DNA of 40,542 nucleotides from Coniocarpon cinnabarinum (Eukaryota): contig JAVECO010000078.1 in assembly GCA_051942205.1 (NCBI GenBank), forward strand, positions 62,001 through 102,542, read 5' to 3'. Below the pieces are notes generated by a model, which ran no database searches, was not told where the DNA came from, and was given only the letters and a program-made list of their open reading frames with translations. Shown here in pieces: positions 1 through 11,484 of the stretch. Positions within the stretch are counted from its first letter, which is position 1. The number at the start of each line of letters is the position of its first letter. The translations under genes were made by a program, and so were the position numbers.

Positions 1-934
1 TCTGAATCCACTGTGAATGGAAGTCGCGAAGAAATTCTCGGTTGATGTAGTTCAAGAGAGCCTCATCGCTGTCAAGACACAACATCTGCCGATGATGATA
101 CGCAAACTGAACAAGCGTCGAACGAAGTACCCGAGCGTCGCCTGGTATATTGTACACCTCGCGTACCACTTGATCGAATCCTTTCATCTCGTAGCTTGGG
201 TCATAATTGTCTTCATGCAACCCAGCCTCGGGCTCCGGTGGTGTGGTAAAATCGTTGAGAATATTGCAGAATTTGCTAGTCGCAAGCTCTGGTAGATTAA
301 GAATTTGGAGTTTCGAGGCAAGTGCAAAGACCTTCGCATTGATGACGAGCTGCTCGTTCGTAGCTGAGACTTTATTGTTCCACGTCGACTTTCCCTTCTT
401 CGAGATCAGGTTTTGCTGCGCCGCTTCGTCCAAAGCAGCGCCCTCTTCTTTCACTTTCCACCGCGGCACATGCGGATTAGCAACATCGCTGTATTCGTCG
501 GTGTACAAGTATGAAAGCATGCATGCAAGAGCGTGTGGATCGGCATCAACTGTTGCGAGACATCAACATTTCGCTGCGTTTGGCAACCATCTCTGGAACG
601 ACTGACCTCTGATGTCTGGGCACTTAGATTCCCCTAAGGCTGTATCGCAAGATGCGGCGAGAACCTCGCTTCGAGGGCAAACAACCATGCGATGACCTTT
701 GAAATACACAAGTTCTATCCCATCCACTTGGCGACAATGAAGCGTGAAGTCCCAGTATTTGGGGTCGGCAAGGAAATCTTTGACCATTTGTGGACGCTCA
801 GCATATGACGGTATTGATTGATGGTCATCGTCCGATCCTCTTGGTGTCGAGTCGCCGTCAACGAAATCGTCCCCATTCACGCCGTCGCCGTGTGGCTTGT
901 CAACGTTCGCGTCGTCTTCAACGCAATTGTCCAT
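1..934 (-). CDS. BTB/POZ-domain protein, 3'-truncated by the window edge; exons 934-607 and 549-<1
   Basis: ATG at 934 (MDNCVEDD...). Exon 1 has the BTB N-half (YWDFTLHC...FKGHRMVVCPRSEVLAASC). A GTCAGT...CAG intron (606-550) joins it to DADPHALACMLSYLYTDEY...LVINAKVFALASKLQILNLPELATSKF, typical fungal BTB C-half motifs. The frame stays open to base 1. The start codon is uncertain. Confidence 0.85.
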
Positions 935-1112
935 CGCCTGCGAATGAGCCCTGTCAAGATGTATTCTCAAAGGCTTCGTCCGTTGTTGGAAAGTAACAGA
1001 GTTGTGAAATTCTGCAATTTGCCCGAGCATTGTAAGTGCATCAGCACTGCATACTGTGCAAGTATGCAACATCTCACGACGCGCAAGGCAAGAGGCTCAG
1101 GTATCTGGAAAC

Positions 1113-1265
1113 CGCAAGGGCCTCGTAGGAAAGTACTTGCCGCACTTCAATTCGGCGTCTTCTGAGTCGCAAAGCACTTTCGCCGTTGTGCTCATAGCCT
1201 TGTGACTTAACATGTTTGTATTGTACAGGCTCGTCGCCTAGACCGAAATCTGGCAACGACTTTTG
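1113..1265. repeat. Diverged dispersed duplication, copy 1 (partner 8462-8614)
   Basis: Gap-free 153-nt alignment to 8462-8614 with ~39 mismatches (~75% identity by hand count). It includes the exact 21-mer GTACAGGCTCGTCGCCTAGAC. Confidence 0.8.
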
Positions 1266-2239
1266 TCCATGCCCCTTGTCGTAGAACCGATATACGCTGA
1301 ACAACCTATTTACCAACATTACCTGCAATTGATCGACGACTACAAAAAGATGGAGGCAAGTGCGAGGCGCCATTTCAAATCTCTCACATATTGTCGATAG
1401 CTTCTGCTGGCATGTTCCCCGTAAGCAGCACCGGCTCAGTAATAATTACACCCATCAATACATTTTGATACCACATACTTTTCCTTGTCGTATGAACAGC
1501 TTGTGCATGCCCGCACTCCATTGAAAAGCTATTAGCGCTGTCGGGCGATGTCACAAACCTAAAGATTGCGAACAATAACAATGGATGCAGTGAAAAGAAG
1601 CTAAGAGCTTTTTTTTCTTCCTCTTTGTCCAAGACAGGCCAGGTCTCGTAATGGCCCAGCCCAAGCATCCCACGAGACCAACGTCAAAGCGTATGCGACC
1701 GTGGTTGGCACGCGTGACAGTCAAGAAACGAATTGGCCCTCAGGATCTGGCTGAATCCAGGAATCACTCCAGAAATGCCCGAGAGACTAATTCGCCTAAG
1801 CAGAGTTTGTGCTCCTTTCAAGCACTGTGGATTGAAGCATTCCAGATTGGTGGCAAGAGAGATACGCCACTCGTTCGAAACAAGCTCATGTTCTTCGGCG
1901 ACGCGCAGCGATTGTAATTTGCACCGGGAATACGAAGCTGTTTCCGAATTAGACCGTTAGTCATGAACTGTGTGACGACACATGACGAGGACAGGTAAAA
2001 GCGGTTGTTGTCTGCATCAAAACGCAAGAGAGGACGGAAGTCACGGTCAGTAGCGAAACTATATCATTTCGCACGTTCGCTTCGCGTAGGGCACCATCTA
2101 TTCTCGGTTCTGATTCACGCGTGTCCTGCCGGCTTTCCGAGACGACATGTGTGTGAGCGAGAGTAGTGTGATTACGACGGCAGTGCTCAGTATGCCTAAT
2201 CGAATGGGCCGAGCCACAGTGCTGGCCGTGTGGCTGAAG

Positions 2240-2251
2240 CCAATGACGTCA
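2240..2251 (+). promoter_or_regulatory. Overlapping CCAAT box and palindromic CRE/ATF site (CCAATGACGTCA) upstream of the WW gene
   Basis: Motif read directly, ~190 nt upstream of the ATG at 2436. Function is inferred only. Confidence 0.35.
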
Positions 2252-2435
2252 CCCCCTGGACCGCATCCACCAGCCCACCAGTCCTCGAATGGCGGGGCTA
2301 CTGAGCCTCGACCTTTGCGACTCGGAAAGGAAAACCAGCGGCTGCGGCCCGCTTGCCCTCGTCCGCTCTTGCTCTCCGCCATCTTCTTCCCTGACGACAA
2401 CATCTTCTGCTCACTGGGCGCCTCGATCTGACAAG

Positions 2436-3430
2436 ATGAGCGAGTTTGCACCCCCGAGCGGTCCCCCACCCCCTAAAGTTCCACCGGGCTGGAAGGCCAT
2501 CTTCAACGAGCAGTATCAAGAATGGTTCTACGTCAACATGTACACCAAACAGTCCCAGGTAAGAACGACACCTTAACACTTATCAGTCTGCTTGCAATTA
2601 GAGTCTACCCAGCGCCATCTGCTGTACCAACAATTTTGGCTCAGGGACTGAGTCTCTGAAGGCTGACATGTACACGACAGTGGGACAAGCCCACCGAGGC
2701 TATCTACGGTCCGCCCGATGAGCATCACGTCGCACCATCGGGTGCACCCCCGGGGTATGACCACTCTTCCGCACGCCCCACTGGTCCCGAAAAGCCTCTA
2801 GCTTCGAACAATCCATATGGTCAACCCCAACAGCCGGATGTGAGCGAAGACGAAAGGCTGGCGCGGCAGCTCCAGCAGGAAGAGGATGCGAGAGGCCAAT
2901 CGAGCCATCAGCGAGGCGCCAATAACGACTACTACGGCGGCGGTGGCGGCGCTCCGGGCGCATACCAAGGTAGTCCTCAGCCGAGCTATGGTGCGTCAGG
3001 CACACCATCACAAAGTTACGATCAACAGCAACTTCCGCCACGCCCGGAGGAAAAGCGTGGTTTGCTGGGCAAGCTGATGGGCAAGGGTAAGAGCAGTTCA
3101 CAAGCCTATCCATCGTCGCATGCACCCCCACAGGGCTATCCGCAGCATGCGTACCCCCAACAGGGCTACGGGCCACCCCCAGGACAGTACGGAGGCTACG
3201 GCCCATCCCCCAGTCCATATGGCGGTTATCCGCCGCCGCAGCCAATGTACATGCAGCAGCAACGACCTCAGAAGCAGGGCATGGGCCCTGGCGCAGGTCT
3301 GGCGTTGGGTGCAGGTGCAGGTATCTTGGGCGGAATGGCGTTGGGAGAAATGGCAGATGACGGTGGGGATGGAGGCGACTACGGGGGTGACGATGGTGGT
3401 GGTGGCGACTTTGGTGGGGGTGACTTTTGA
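2436..3430 (+). CDS. WW-domain, Gly/Pro/Gln/Tyr-rich protein (resembles yeast Wwm1); exons 2436-2558 and 2681-3430
   Basis: The WW motif VPPGWKAIFNEQYQEWFYVNMYTKQSQ|WDKP is restored by a GTAAGA...GCTGAC...CAG intron (2559-2680). It continues in frame into the 2840-3430 ORF with SEDERLARQLQQEED, PPxY-like low complexity and a GAGLALGAGAGILGG...DFGGGDF tail. Confidence 0.9.
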
Positions 3431-3801
3431 TGTGTGTGTATGGGCCTGAAGGCGAGAATCCGTGAGTGGACCTGGTGAGCCGCATCAGCCAGCAGATGAG
3501 CACGGGTGCTTTATTCGGGCATTCGAGCTTCCAGACAAGACCTCAAACTGCAACGCTATGTAATTTCGCGCGAGGAAGATCGACAGATGAGTTGAAACTG
3601 AGAAATTCTATGTCTTAACCCGCACAGGTTGTAATTCGTCAGGGTGTCATCAACAATATCACAAATGCTTCGCAGCCGTCGCTGTCTTGTACACCACTTC
3701 CGCTTCCTGCGTATAGTTATTACCAGCGACGCAAGTGCATGTCCGTAAGCATTCCATCCATTAAGAACGCAGCTTAGTTCTTGTTTGCAATCATGCACAT
3801 T

Positions 3802-6742
3802 TCATTTTACATCCATTTTTTCACCGTCTCCGTCTACTTGAGCGCTGGTAGGACTCACATCGGCGCTCTTCTGTCCATTGGAAGCAACCTTTGTAGCTTC
3901 GTGTACATTCTTGACTCGATCTTCTTCGTCTTCTTCGTAGTCTTCCTCCTCAATCTTGCGCATTGCAGGTTCTTCGCGCATCTTGGTGTCACCATCCCGA
4001 TCCAGTCCTTTGTCTCGAGGACTCTCCTTGCGACCGTCCTCCTGCTTGCCTTCTTCAAGGCGGATGGATGCGTCATTTTGACCGTTATGGGTCCCGTGGC
4101 CGGCGGTGCTGCCTGAGAGCGGCCCATTGTTTCCGATGACGTTGGATCCGGAAGGCGCGATTGGGCTCGTGTTGATTGGGGGCAATGTAGAAGACTGATT
4201 CTGCACGGGTGAGTCTTTGCGCATAAGATTTTGCATACTGGAAGGGTGATGCGCAACCTCGGAGGGCCTGTATTCATCTGCTCTTCGCTTGTCCTCCTCC
4301 GGACGTCGCAGGTGAGACGGCGAGTTGACATGGCTGCCGTTAGCAGAGTTTGAGCCTACGTGCACCGTGGCATATTGATGCTTCTCGCGTTCTCGATCAC
4401 CGTCAGACATGGCCTTGATATGGGCGCCAGGCGCAGGACTTGCATGGTAGCGATTGCCCAGCGGATCTTCGAGCCGGGCGCGAGTTTCGTCATTCATCGG
4501 TCGTTTGATAGCAGGATCTGTTTCTTCCCACTCGCGGTGACGTTTTGAACCCGAACTTGATAAGGGCGTACGGTTTTCACGCTCTCTGCCAATGGTGTCA
4601 ATCACTCGCGGAGCTTCAGCAGGAGGGATGCTTGGCATGGGACCCGGAGCTGGCCCCCGATGTTCTGGCGGATATCCCCAGTTGGGTGGAGGTGGTCCAG
4701 GGTAAGACCGAGGTGAACGAGGACGAGACTCTGCGTGCCGTGACACCGGAGGCGGCGGGGAAGAAGGACGAGCGTAGTGCGAGGGCGGGGGAGGCCCTTG
4801 TTGCGGCGGTCCCTGGGGTGGTGGCTGGGCGGGATAGTTGGGATTGTTCATACGGTTTGGCGGAGGTTGTGCGTGAGGAGGGACACCGGAACCAGGTGCT
4901 GACGGTAGATTAGGTCCTGGAGGGCCTGGTTGCCTGTAGATAGGAGCAGATTGCATGCGAGGAGACGGTGAGATATGAGCGGGTCGTGAAGTCGGAGTGT
5001 ATCTGACCTGATCTGAGGGCCGCAGTTGCTCTGTGCGAGGGCTCTGAGGACGTCCTGGTGGTGGCGGCGGTGGTCCTCGATGATGCTGAGGAGCTTCATA
5101 CACAGAATTTGGAGGTGGGGGCTGTACATTTGCACCGTGGACTTCTGGGCCCCGCGGCCATTCCCTACTATTTGATGGTGGCTGTGGTGGTGCTCCAACT
5201 CTAGGGGGAGGACCAGACTGTGGCGGAATTGAGGGCGCCCAGTGTGGCTGGGGAGGTCCGTTGAGGGCAGCTGGCTCATACGTCTGCGGGTGTCCATCTG
5301 GCGGCAAACCTTGTGGAGCGCCAGGAGGCGGCCCTTGGTGACCGCTGCGCAGAAGTGCGAGACGGGATTTGATGTGCGGATTGTTGGGATCGAGCTCCGC
5401 AGCTCGTTGATACGCATCCATGGCGTCGTTGGTTTGGTTATTGCACGACTGATAGAGCGTGCCTAGATCATACCATACCTCTGAGATATTGGGGTTCAAG
5501 CGGATCGCGCGAGAATAGGCGTCCAGTGCGTCTCGGTATTGGTTGATCTGGTAGTACAAAACGCCGATGGAGCACCAGAAAGTCGGATTGCGGCCGTCTC
5601 GATACACGGCTTGTTGGTAGGCTTCATAGGCTTTAGGGAACTTCTGCTGAGACATGTAGCAACGACCGAGAAGGTACCAGCTTTGTGCATCATTCTGGTC
5701 AGAGGCAACTGACTTCTCGAGGAATTCTATAGCCCTCTCCTGGGTTTGAAAGTCGTTGCTCTCCTGATGATATAGCCAGCCAAGCTGCTGCAAGACCTTG
5801 GCGTGGTTAGGGTCGCGATCGAGGACCTGCTGATATGCGTTCTTAGCTGATTCGAAGTCCTTTTCTTGCTCGTGCACGTGCCCAATCTGAAAGAGAATAT
5901 CGGTCTGATTCAAGGGCGAAGGTGGATTGTTGGCAATCCAGCGGAAACACTCCAAACTCTCGGCGAATTTATTCTGCTGTTTGTAGATGATGCCAAGGCG
6001 AAAATAGATCTCGTTGGCCTTTTCGAAGTCCGGCGCCATGCGCATGACTTGTGAAAAAGCTTCTTCGGCGTGCTCAAGACTACCATACCTGTCATAGAGG
6101 ATGCCAATGCCATACCAAAGTTTGGGTTCCTGGCGCACTGTCAATCGCGTGTTCTCTGTACAGTCAGCGGTAATGCTCACGGACCTTTGGATCGTGCAAC
6201 TTGTAAAGCGCGTGTTGATATGCCTCGTACGCGCGCTGCAGTTCATCCATCATCAGGTAGCAATGTCCTGCGAGCTTGTCAGTGGGTTGGTGAAGGTGTG
6301 GCATGGGAAAAACCATACCTAGACTACTCCACGCTTCGCCATTGGCACTGTCCATCTTGATAATGGTGTCAAGGTATTGCGCAGCCTCTGCATACTTGTC
6401 CTCGGCCCTGAGCACATTTGCAACGGACTGCAGCGCATCGACGGAGACATCGTTGTAGTGAAGAGCTCGCTCATAAGCCTGAAAGGCCATCTCGTGATTC
6501 TTCATATGCTCGGCGGCATGTCCTGAACGGCGCGTGTGAGTAGCCGTTGGTGGCTGTATGTTAAGCAGCTGCATACCTATGGCTAGCCAGGTTGCCTCAC
6601 TGACCTTGGCCAGCATCTCGGTCGAGCTGGCGGGAAGCCGTTGCGGAACAGTATAACCGGGATGGCCATTGGGTTGGACATGAGCCGGCGGAGGCCGGTG
6701 ATGAGGATGCATAGCTTGCGGAGACATCTGGTGCGTCGTCAT
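3802..6742 (-). CDS. CYC8: General transcriptional co-repressor Cyc8/Ssn6 (TPR array plus Pro-rich C-terminus), ~926 aa; exons 6742-6577, 6522-6319, 6267-6185, 6129-3802
   Basis: Canonical Ssn6 TPRs: EPKLWYGIGILYDRYGSLEHAEEAFSQV, DAQSWYLLGRCYM, RNPTFWCSIGVLYYQINQYRDALDAYSRAIRLNP. Three GT...AG introns of 54, 51 and 55 nt join ORFs 6164-6742 and 3802-6246 in frame. Confidence 0.96.
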
Positions 6743-7126
6743 GGCTGGATCACAGCAAAGGCGAGCCAGACGCCGGTGCCGCGAGCCACTACGCGAATGC
6801 GGTCAAGAGGCAGCAGCAGGCGTGCTGGAGATGAGTCTGTTAAAGGCGTCAGCAAGGAATGCCCATTGAACGTACGAAGCCCCCAAGGGCGATAGACCGA
6901 AAGCATGCCTCGACACCGCATTCAAATCTTGACGCGGCAGGCAGCTAGACCAGCGGGCGCGTACACGAACAGGTCAGACGGAAGGGACGCCAGCATACAC
7001 GAGAACTCTTGGGTAGGGTGAGAGGCGTGACGAGGACGTGGGAGAATCAATGGCCTGACGGGCGAAGCGGCAGCCGCATTGGCAGAGCACTCATCGGCAT
7101 AAGTGATGGGACAGCGAGCATCCAAC

Positions 7127-7168
7127 GGAGAGCAGAAGGAGGAGGAAGAGGAGGAGGAGAGAGAGGCG
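7127..7168 (-). promoter_or_regulatory. Pyrimidine-rich CT box (GA-rich on +) probably marking the CYC8 core promoter
   Basis: GGAGAGCAGAAGGAGGAGGAAGAGGAGGAGGAGAGAGAGG lies ~390 nt upstream of the CYC8 ATG. CT boxes near transcription starts are common in filamentous fungi. Confidence 0.4.
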
Positions 7169-8461
7169 ACTCTCGCAGGTTAGGGGAAGCGTTGGCGCCT
7201 TTAGCGCCCCTTCAGCCACGTTAGGGCGGCGCCAGCCCCCCGGTTGCCAGGCGGTCGAGGGCCCCACCGTGCGTCGGCGGCAGAGCCTGGCACCCCGACA
7301 CTCCCGCTCTGCCGCCGGGCTCCAGATCGTGTGACGAGCGGGTAAGCGCTACTCCGTACTCCGTACCTCCCTTACGCAGTGTGGGAGTACCCCGGCCTAC
7401 TCCGTACCTACCTACCTACTCAGGACGAACAGCCCTGCGCTCGCCGCCCTTCCTCCCTCCTGGCGCGTGTGTGGCACATCTGCCATGCTCCGCGCCTGTC
7501 ACACTTCTCCCTGCGCCATCGCCTCGAGCGCCTGTCGCTCGCCGTCGTGCATGCAAGCGCCTCGCACTCGTGTGCGCCGTCGCGCGCAACTGGTGCAACG
7601 GCTGCTCGCGGGCCTCTGTGTCGTCCAAACCAAGTGGTGTCGTCGAGCCCCGGCTGCCGGGCGCCCGCATCGAGCCTAGTGCCCCTGCACGCTGCCTGCA
7701 TGTTCCTCTCTAGCACCGCCCGATGTGCGCATCTCGGTTGCATCCACACCCCGCAGTGTACTCTGTACCTCGCTGAGGTATGTCGCCTGGCACGCGGTCG
7801 GCGCTCCGTCGTTTGCCCGCGAAACGAAAAGTCAATTTCTAGCTCTGGTCCAGTCCGAGTCGCCTCTGATAGGTCGACCGCACGATCGTCCAACCCAGCA
7901 GTGATTAGTCGCAAATCTTGGCGCATTCTTGTTGGACCTGGTGTGTGCCAATTTAGATCGTGTTGAGCTGAGATGGTCTGCCATTGATCGGGTTATGGCG
8001 TTGCAGACACGTTGCCTTGCAAGGGTCACTGACAGAACCACTCAGCACAACAACAATCCGTGCTCTGCAAGGCGCAAGGTTCTTCTACGGCCGTGTGAAC
8101 GCGAAGCGCCCCTATGCTAGAGCTATGCGCCCTCTCAGTCACTGAAAGCAGAAACGTTCAGTGCACGGAGTAAAAGATGCAGCGCCTTGCAGCGCATGAA
8201 GGATTGGACCATGGTAGATGTTGGATCGCTTGTGAGCCCTGTCCTTAGACTCTCGCGATGCTAGGGGCTCGTCACATAGACATAGGCGCTGGCGATGCGA
8301 CGGACGATAACGCGTATTCATAACCCTCGTCGCCTCACAATACAAGATTCTCGCATAGATCCTCAGGCACTCGAGTCTGCTGCTTCTCCAACCCTAGCTA
8401 AACTACCCATGCAATGAGTTGGCAACCCAAAAATCTGTAACTCTTGGCGCTCAAATAGAGG

Positions 8462-8614
8462 CGCAAGAGACTGGTAGGGAAGTTCCTGCGGCATATTAAT
8501 TCAGCATTTTGTGAGTTGTAAAGGGCTTTTGCCGTAGTGCTTATAGCTTTGCAACCCGCATTGCTCTTATCGTACAGGCTCGTCGCCTAGACTGAGATCC
8601 GCCAAAGACTTTTG
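8462..8614. repeat. Diverged dispersed duplication, copy 2 (partner 1113-1265)
   Basis: Same orientation as copy 1, colinear without gaps. Confidence 0.8.
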
Positions 8615-9279
8615 TCACTGACCCTTGGCTTGTTTTGCGCCTTTGTTCTCTAAGGACTCGTCGCCCAACGAAGGCGTTTTCTATTCCCGCATCTTTGGCT
8701 CCGCTACTCGGGTCCTCGAGCGTTAAACACTGTGAAATGCCGAGATGGCATCTCCAAACCGCCATGCCTCGCCGTCAGCAATCTGCCACGGCTTGCTGTA
8801 AGTCAAACTCTCTACATTCGATGCCTCGAGTGCCTCAGCGATATCAACACGACTTTCTTCAAGCCCGTGTAGGCCGCAGCAGGACATGCACGACAGAGTA
8901 ACCACCTTAAATCAGCGACGGTCACTTCTTCAGTACTAGGTAGACGTTGAACCTTTTAAAGGGTTGATCAGTGCTCGCACAGTGCTCGCAGCTTTTTGCA
9001 CCCTGCTGTTTGTATGAGACACTGCCTTACCCGCGTCAAGAGCGTGACCGAGGTTTCTCAGTATTCATTAATTGGCTACGCAATGCTGTGGTTAGTTGAC
9101 TTGACATGTGAGTCTCAAAACGCAAGTGCCCCTCTCTATTTCAACGGTTCATTGTTTTATAGCAATGGAAAAGATCGGATAGTAGCAGCAATCTCTCTGG
9201 AAGGAGGGCTCTAATGTGCCTATACTAGGCAGCGCGCGAGTTTTGCAGAAACGTGTTCAAGCGCGACCTGAATATACGT

Positions 9280-9880
9280 GGGAAGTTTGAGATTTTTGTC
9301 CCAAAATTGCAGTCAAGGACATAAAGATTTTGGGGCATCTAAGCGAGGACATGCATTCTGCGTACGTCTCCACTGTGACAGAGCTATACCTATGAACGGG
9401 GGATTAGAATTTGCGAACGAATTGAATAGCACATCACAATGGACGATTTCAGACAGAACTAGGGTTGAATTCTTAACGAAAAGTATTGCTTGTTGCAGTA
9501 ATATTTCAGAAAAGTATTGATTTTGAGCTTTTCGTATTTCTGATAGCATCATATGACGTGTACGGGCCATTTTACGCGCCGTAATCTGTTCTTTACCTAA
9601 ATCTATGGGCAAAATACTTAATACTATACCGCTATATTGTAGCTACTAGTAGGTAGAGTAGCAGCCTTAGGCAGGGTCGTAGATCTAGGCAGGGTAGAGG
9701 CGGGCAGTGTAATCTCGGAGCTATATCTGACTATACCTAATCTAGCATAGCGGTCAAGAAATCGACCACTTTTCAGTAATTCTGACGTAAAATATTCGAC
9801 CATTTTTTTATTTTTCCTGGATTTTTTGCACGTGACATCCCTAGACAGAACCTACTTTTAAAATGCCTAATAATTCAGGC
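9280..9880. mobile_element. Possible small, partly RIP-mutated transposon relic in the CYC8-RINGv intergenic region
   Basis: Local drop in GC with TpA enrichment (e.g. 9610-9760 atacttaatactataccgctatattgtagctactagtagg), short internal repeats (taggcagggt x2, tcgacca x2) and broken minus-strand reading frames. No family-diagnostic motif recognised. Confidence 0.3.
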
Positions 9881-10156
9881 GCTATTGCATCGTCTCGCAA
9901 GCACCAAGTGCTTGTAACACTTTGCGCCTCCACAGCTTCGGAAGTGCAGAGCTTCTGCAATTCTACTTGATATGCGAATCTGCAAGTCAATCTGGTGCTT
10001 CGCCCTGAAGCTCACAGACTTCTACTTGCTTAGTTCCGCATCTACGGAACTCCTGACAGGTGCAAAGGGAGCATGATCTGTGACTCCAGTCCGTCCTGTA
10101 ACCCAGGCAGCAGCAGCAGCAGCCCCTAACCAGAAAGTCCTTGAGAGAGACTTGCC

Positions 10157-11484
10157 ATGGCAAACAGTTCCAGTGCAACGGGCTTCGATGCCCCTGGAGC
10201 TTGGAGAGATGATCATGACACAAGCACTCCTCACTACCGCGACAAAGGCTCGTCCACGCGGGAGCAACACAGACCTCGATCTTCAAGCGACGCCACTTCA
10301 GGTTCACACAATAGCCACCCTCAAGAAAGACATTTCAAACCACGCACATGTCGGTACGTTTGTTGATTGCATTTCTACGTCGCCAATCGGACTGACGCGG
10401 ACTCATAACTATAGAATTTGCCTGGAGACCGTTGCCCCCACCTATGAGCCTCCTTCCACTTCTCTACCATCTTATCTTGCCGGCATGCCAAACGTCATTT
10501 ACAGCTCCGAGAGTGGCAGACTGATCCGTCCTTGCAAGTGTAAAGGAAGTCAGCGCTACGTGCATGATGGCTGTCTGCAAGAATGGCGGCATGCTGATCC
10601 ATCCTATGGGGAGCGCAATTTTTGGCAATGTCCCACTTGTGGCTTCAAATACAGGCTTGAGCGTATGCGATGGGGAAGGTGGATAAGCAGCAGGCTTGCC
10701 CAGCTCGCACTGACTGTCAGCGTTTTCATTGGCTGCGTTTTCCTTCTCGGCTTCGTCGCAGATCCCATCATAAACACCTACTCAGATCCATTGGGTACGA
10801 TTGCCTCTATTCCGTTCAGTGAAGAAGGGCCTATCTATGATGGCCGATACTGGGAGGAGAGGCGGCATCGTTCCAGGCAAGCACTTCCCGACGGGTGGCC
10901 CGAACATTTCCTCAAAGGATTTGCGAGTCTTGGTGTACTGGGCTTTTTGAAAATGATGTGGACTGTCAGTCCTTTCCAATGGATTCGCATTGGTGGAGGT
11001 GGCTGGGGAAGTGAGTTTACATCTTTCCTTCGCTCCTCCAACTCACCTCGTTTCTCTATCACACTGCTTCCATTGTGTCCATGCTCGTTGCCTGGCGCAG
11101 CCAGCATTCCCAGTAGCACAGTCGTACTAGTGAAAAGGCTTTCGCCAACGTCCGTGCAAACGGTCTATGCAAACAGCTCTCAAGGCTTGCATCTGCAGAA
11201 AACTCAGCTGACCCCAAGTGTCAAAGGTGGTGGCAGAGTCGCAAGCTCTGGACGCGACCGCGTTGCAAACATTAGTTGGGTCGTTCTGTTGATCGGCGTG
11301 TGCACATTCCTTTTCGTAAGCGCGCACATATGCAATACAGGCTGCGAGATGCTGGAAACTAATCCGACATCAGACTGTTTGGAAAGGCGTACGTGCGCTT
11401 GCACGGCGATTCTTGGAGAGGGCAGGGGAGAGAGTAATGGATGTTCCGTTGGCGCCCGGAGAGGACGAGCATGACGAGGAATAG
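10157..11484 (+). CDS. RING-CH (RINGv/MARCH-type, C4HC3) membrane E3 ubiquitin ligase, ~330 aa; exons 10157-10353, 10415-11010, 11227-11315, 11374-11484
   Basis: Splicing gives TCRICLE...LIRPCKCKGSQRYVHDGCLQEW...WQCPTCGFKY. It is followed by hydrophobic TM segments (LALTVSVFIGCVFLLGFVA; ISWVVLLIGVCTFLFTVWKGV) and ends ERVMDVPLAPGEDEHDEE*. All three introns are GT...AG with branch-site-like motifs and the phases add up. Confidence 0.9.

Noticed and set aside
17..1165. Plus-strand ORFs 17-295, 207-605, 790-996, 818-1165
   Set aside because: Antisense shadows of the spliced BTB gene with no motifs of their own.
1384..2030. Short ORFs between the BTB and WW genes
   Set aside because: No recognisable domain and no convincing splice structure.
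3781..6360. ORFs overlapping CYC8 on the opposite strand or in other frames
   Set aside because: Shadow ORFs of a GC-rich, low-complexity CDS.
7379..8120. 195-aa and 168-aa Arg/Ala/Ser-rich ORFs upstream of CYC8
   Set aside because: Open in many frames on both strands because of high GC. Composition is typical of non-coding promoter DNA.
10080..11474. 464-aa ORF as the literal RINGv protein
   Set aside because: It reads through introns and lacks the first RING Cys. The four-exon model from ATG 10157 restores CRIC and a sensible C-terminus.
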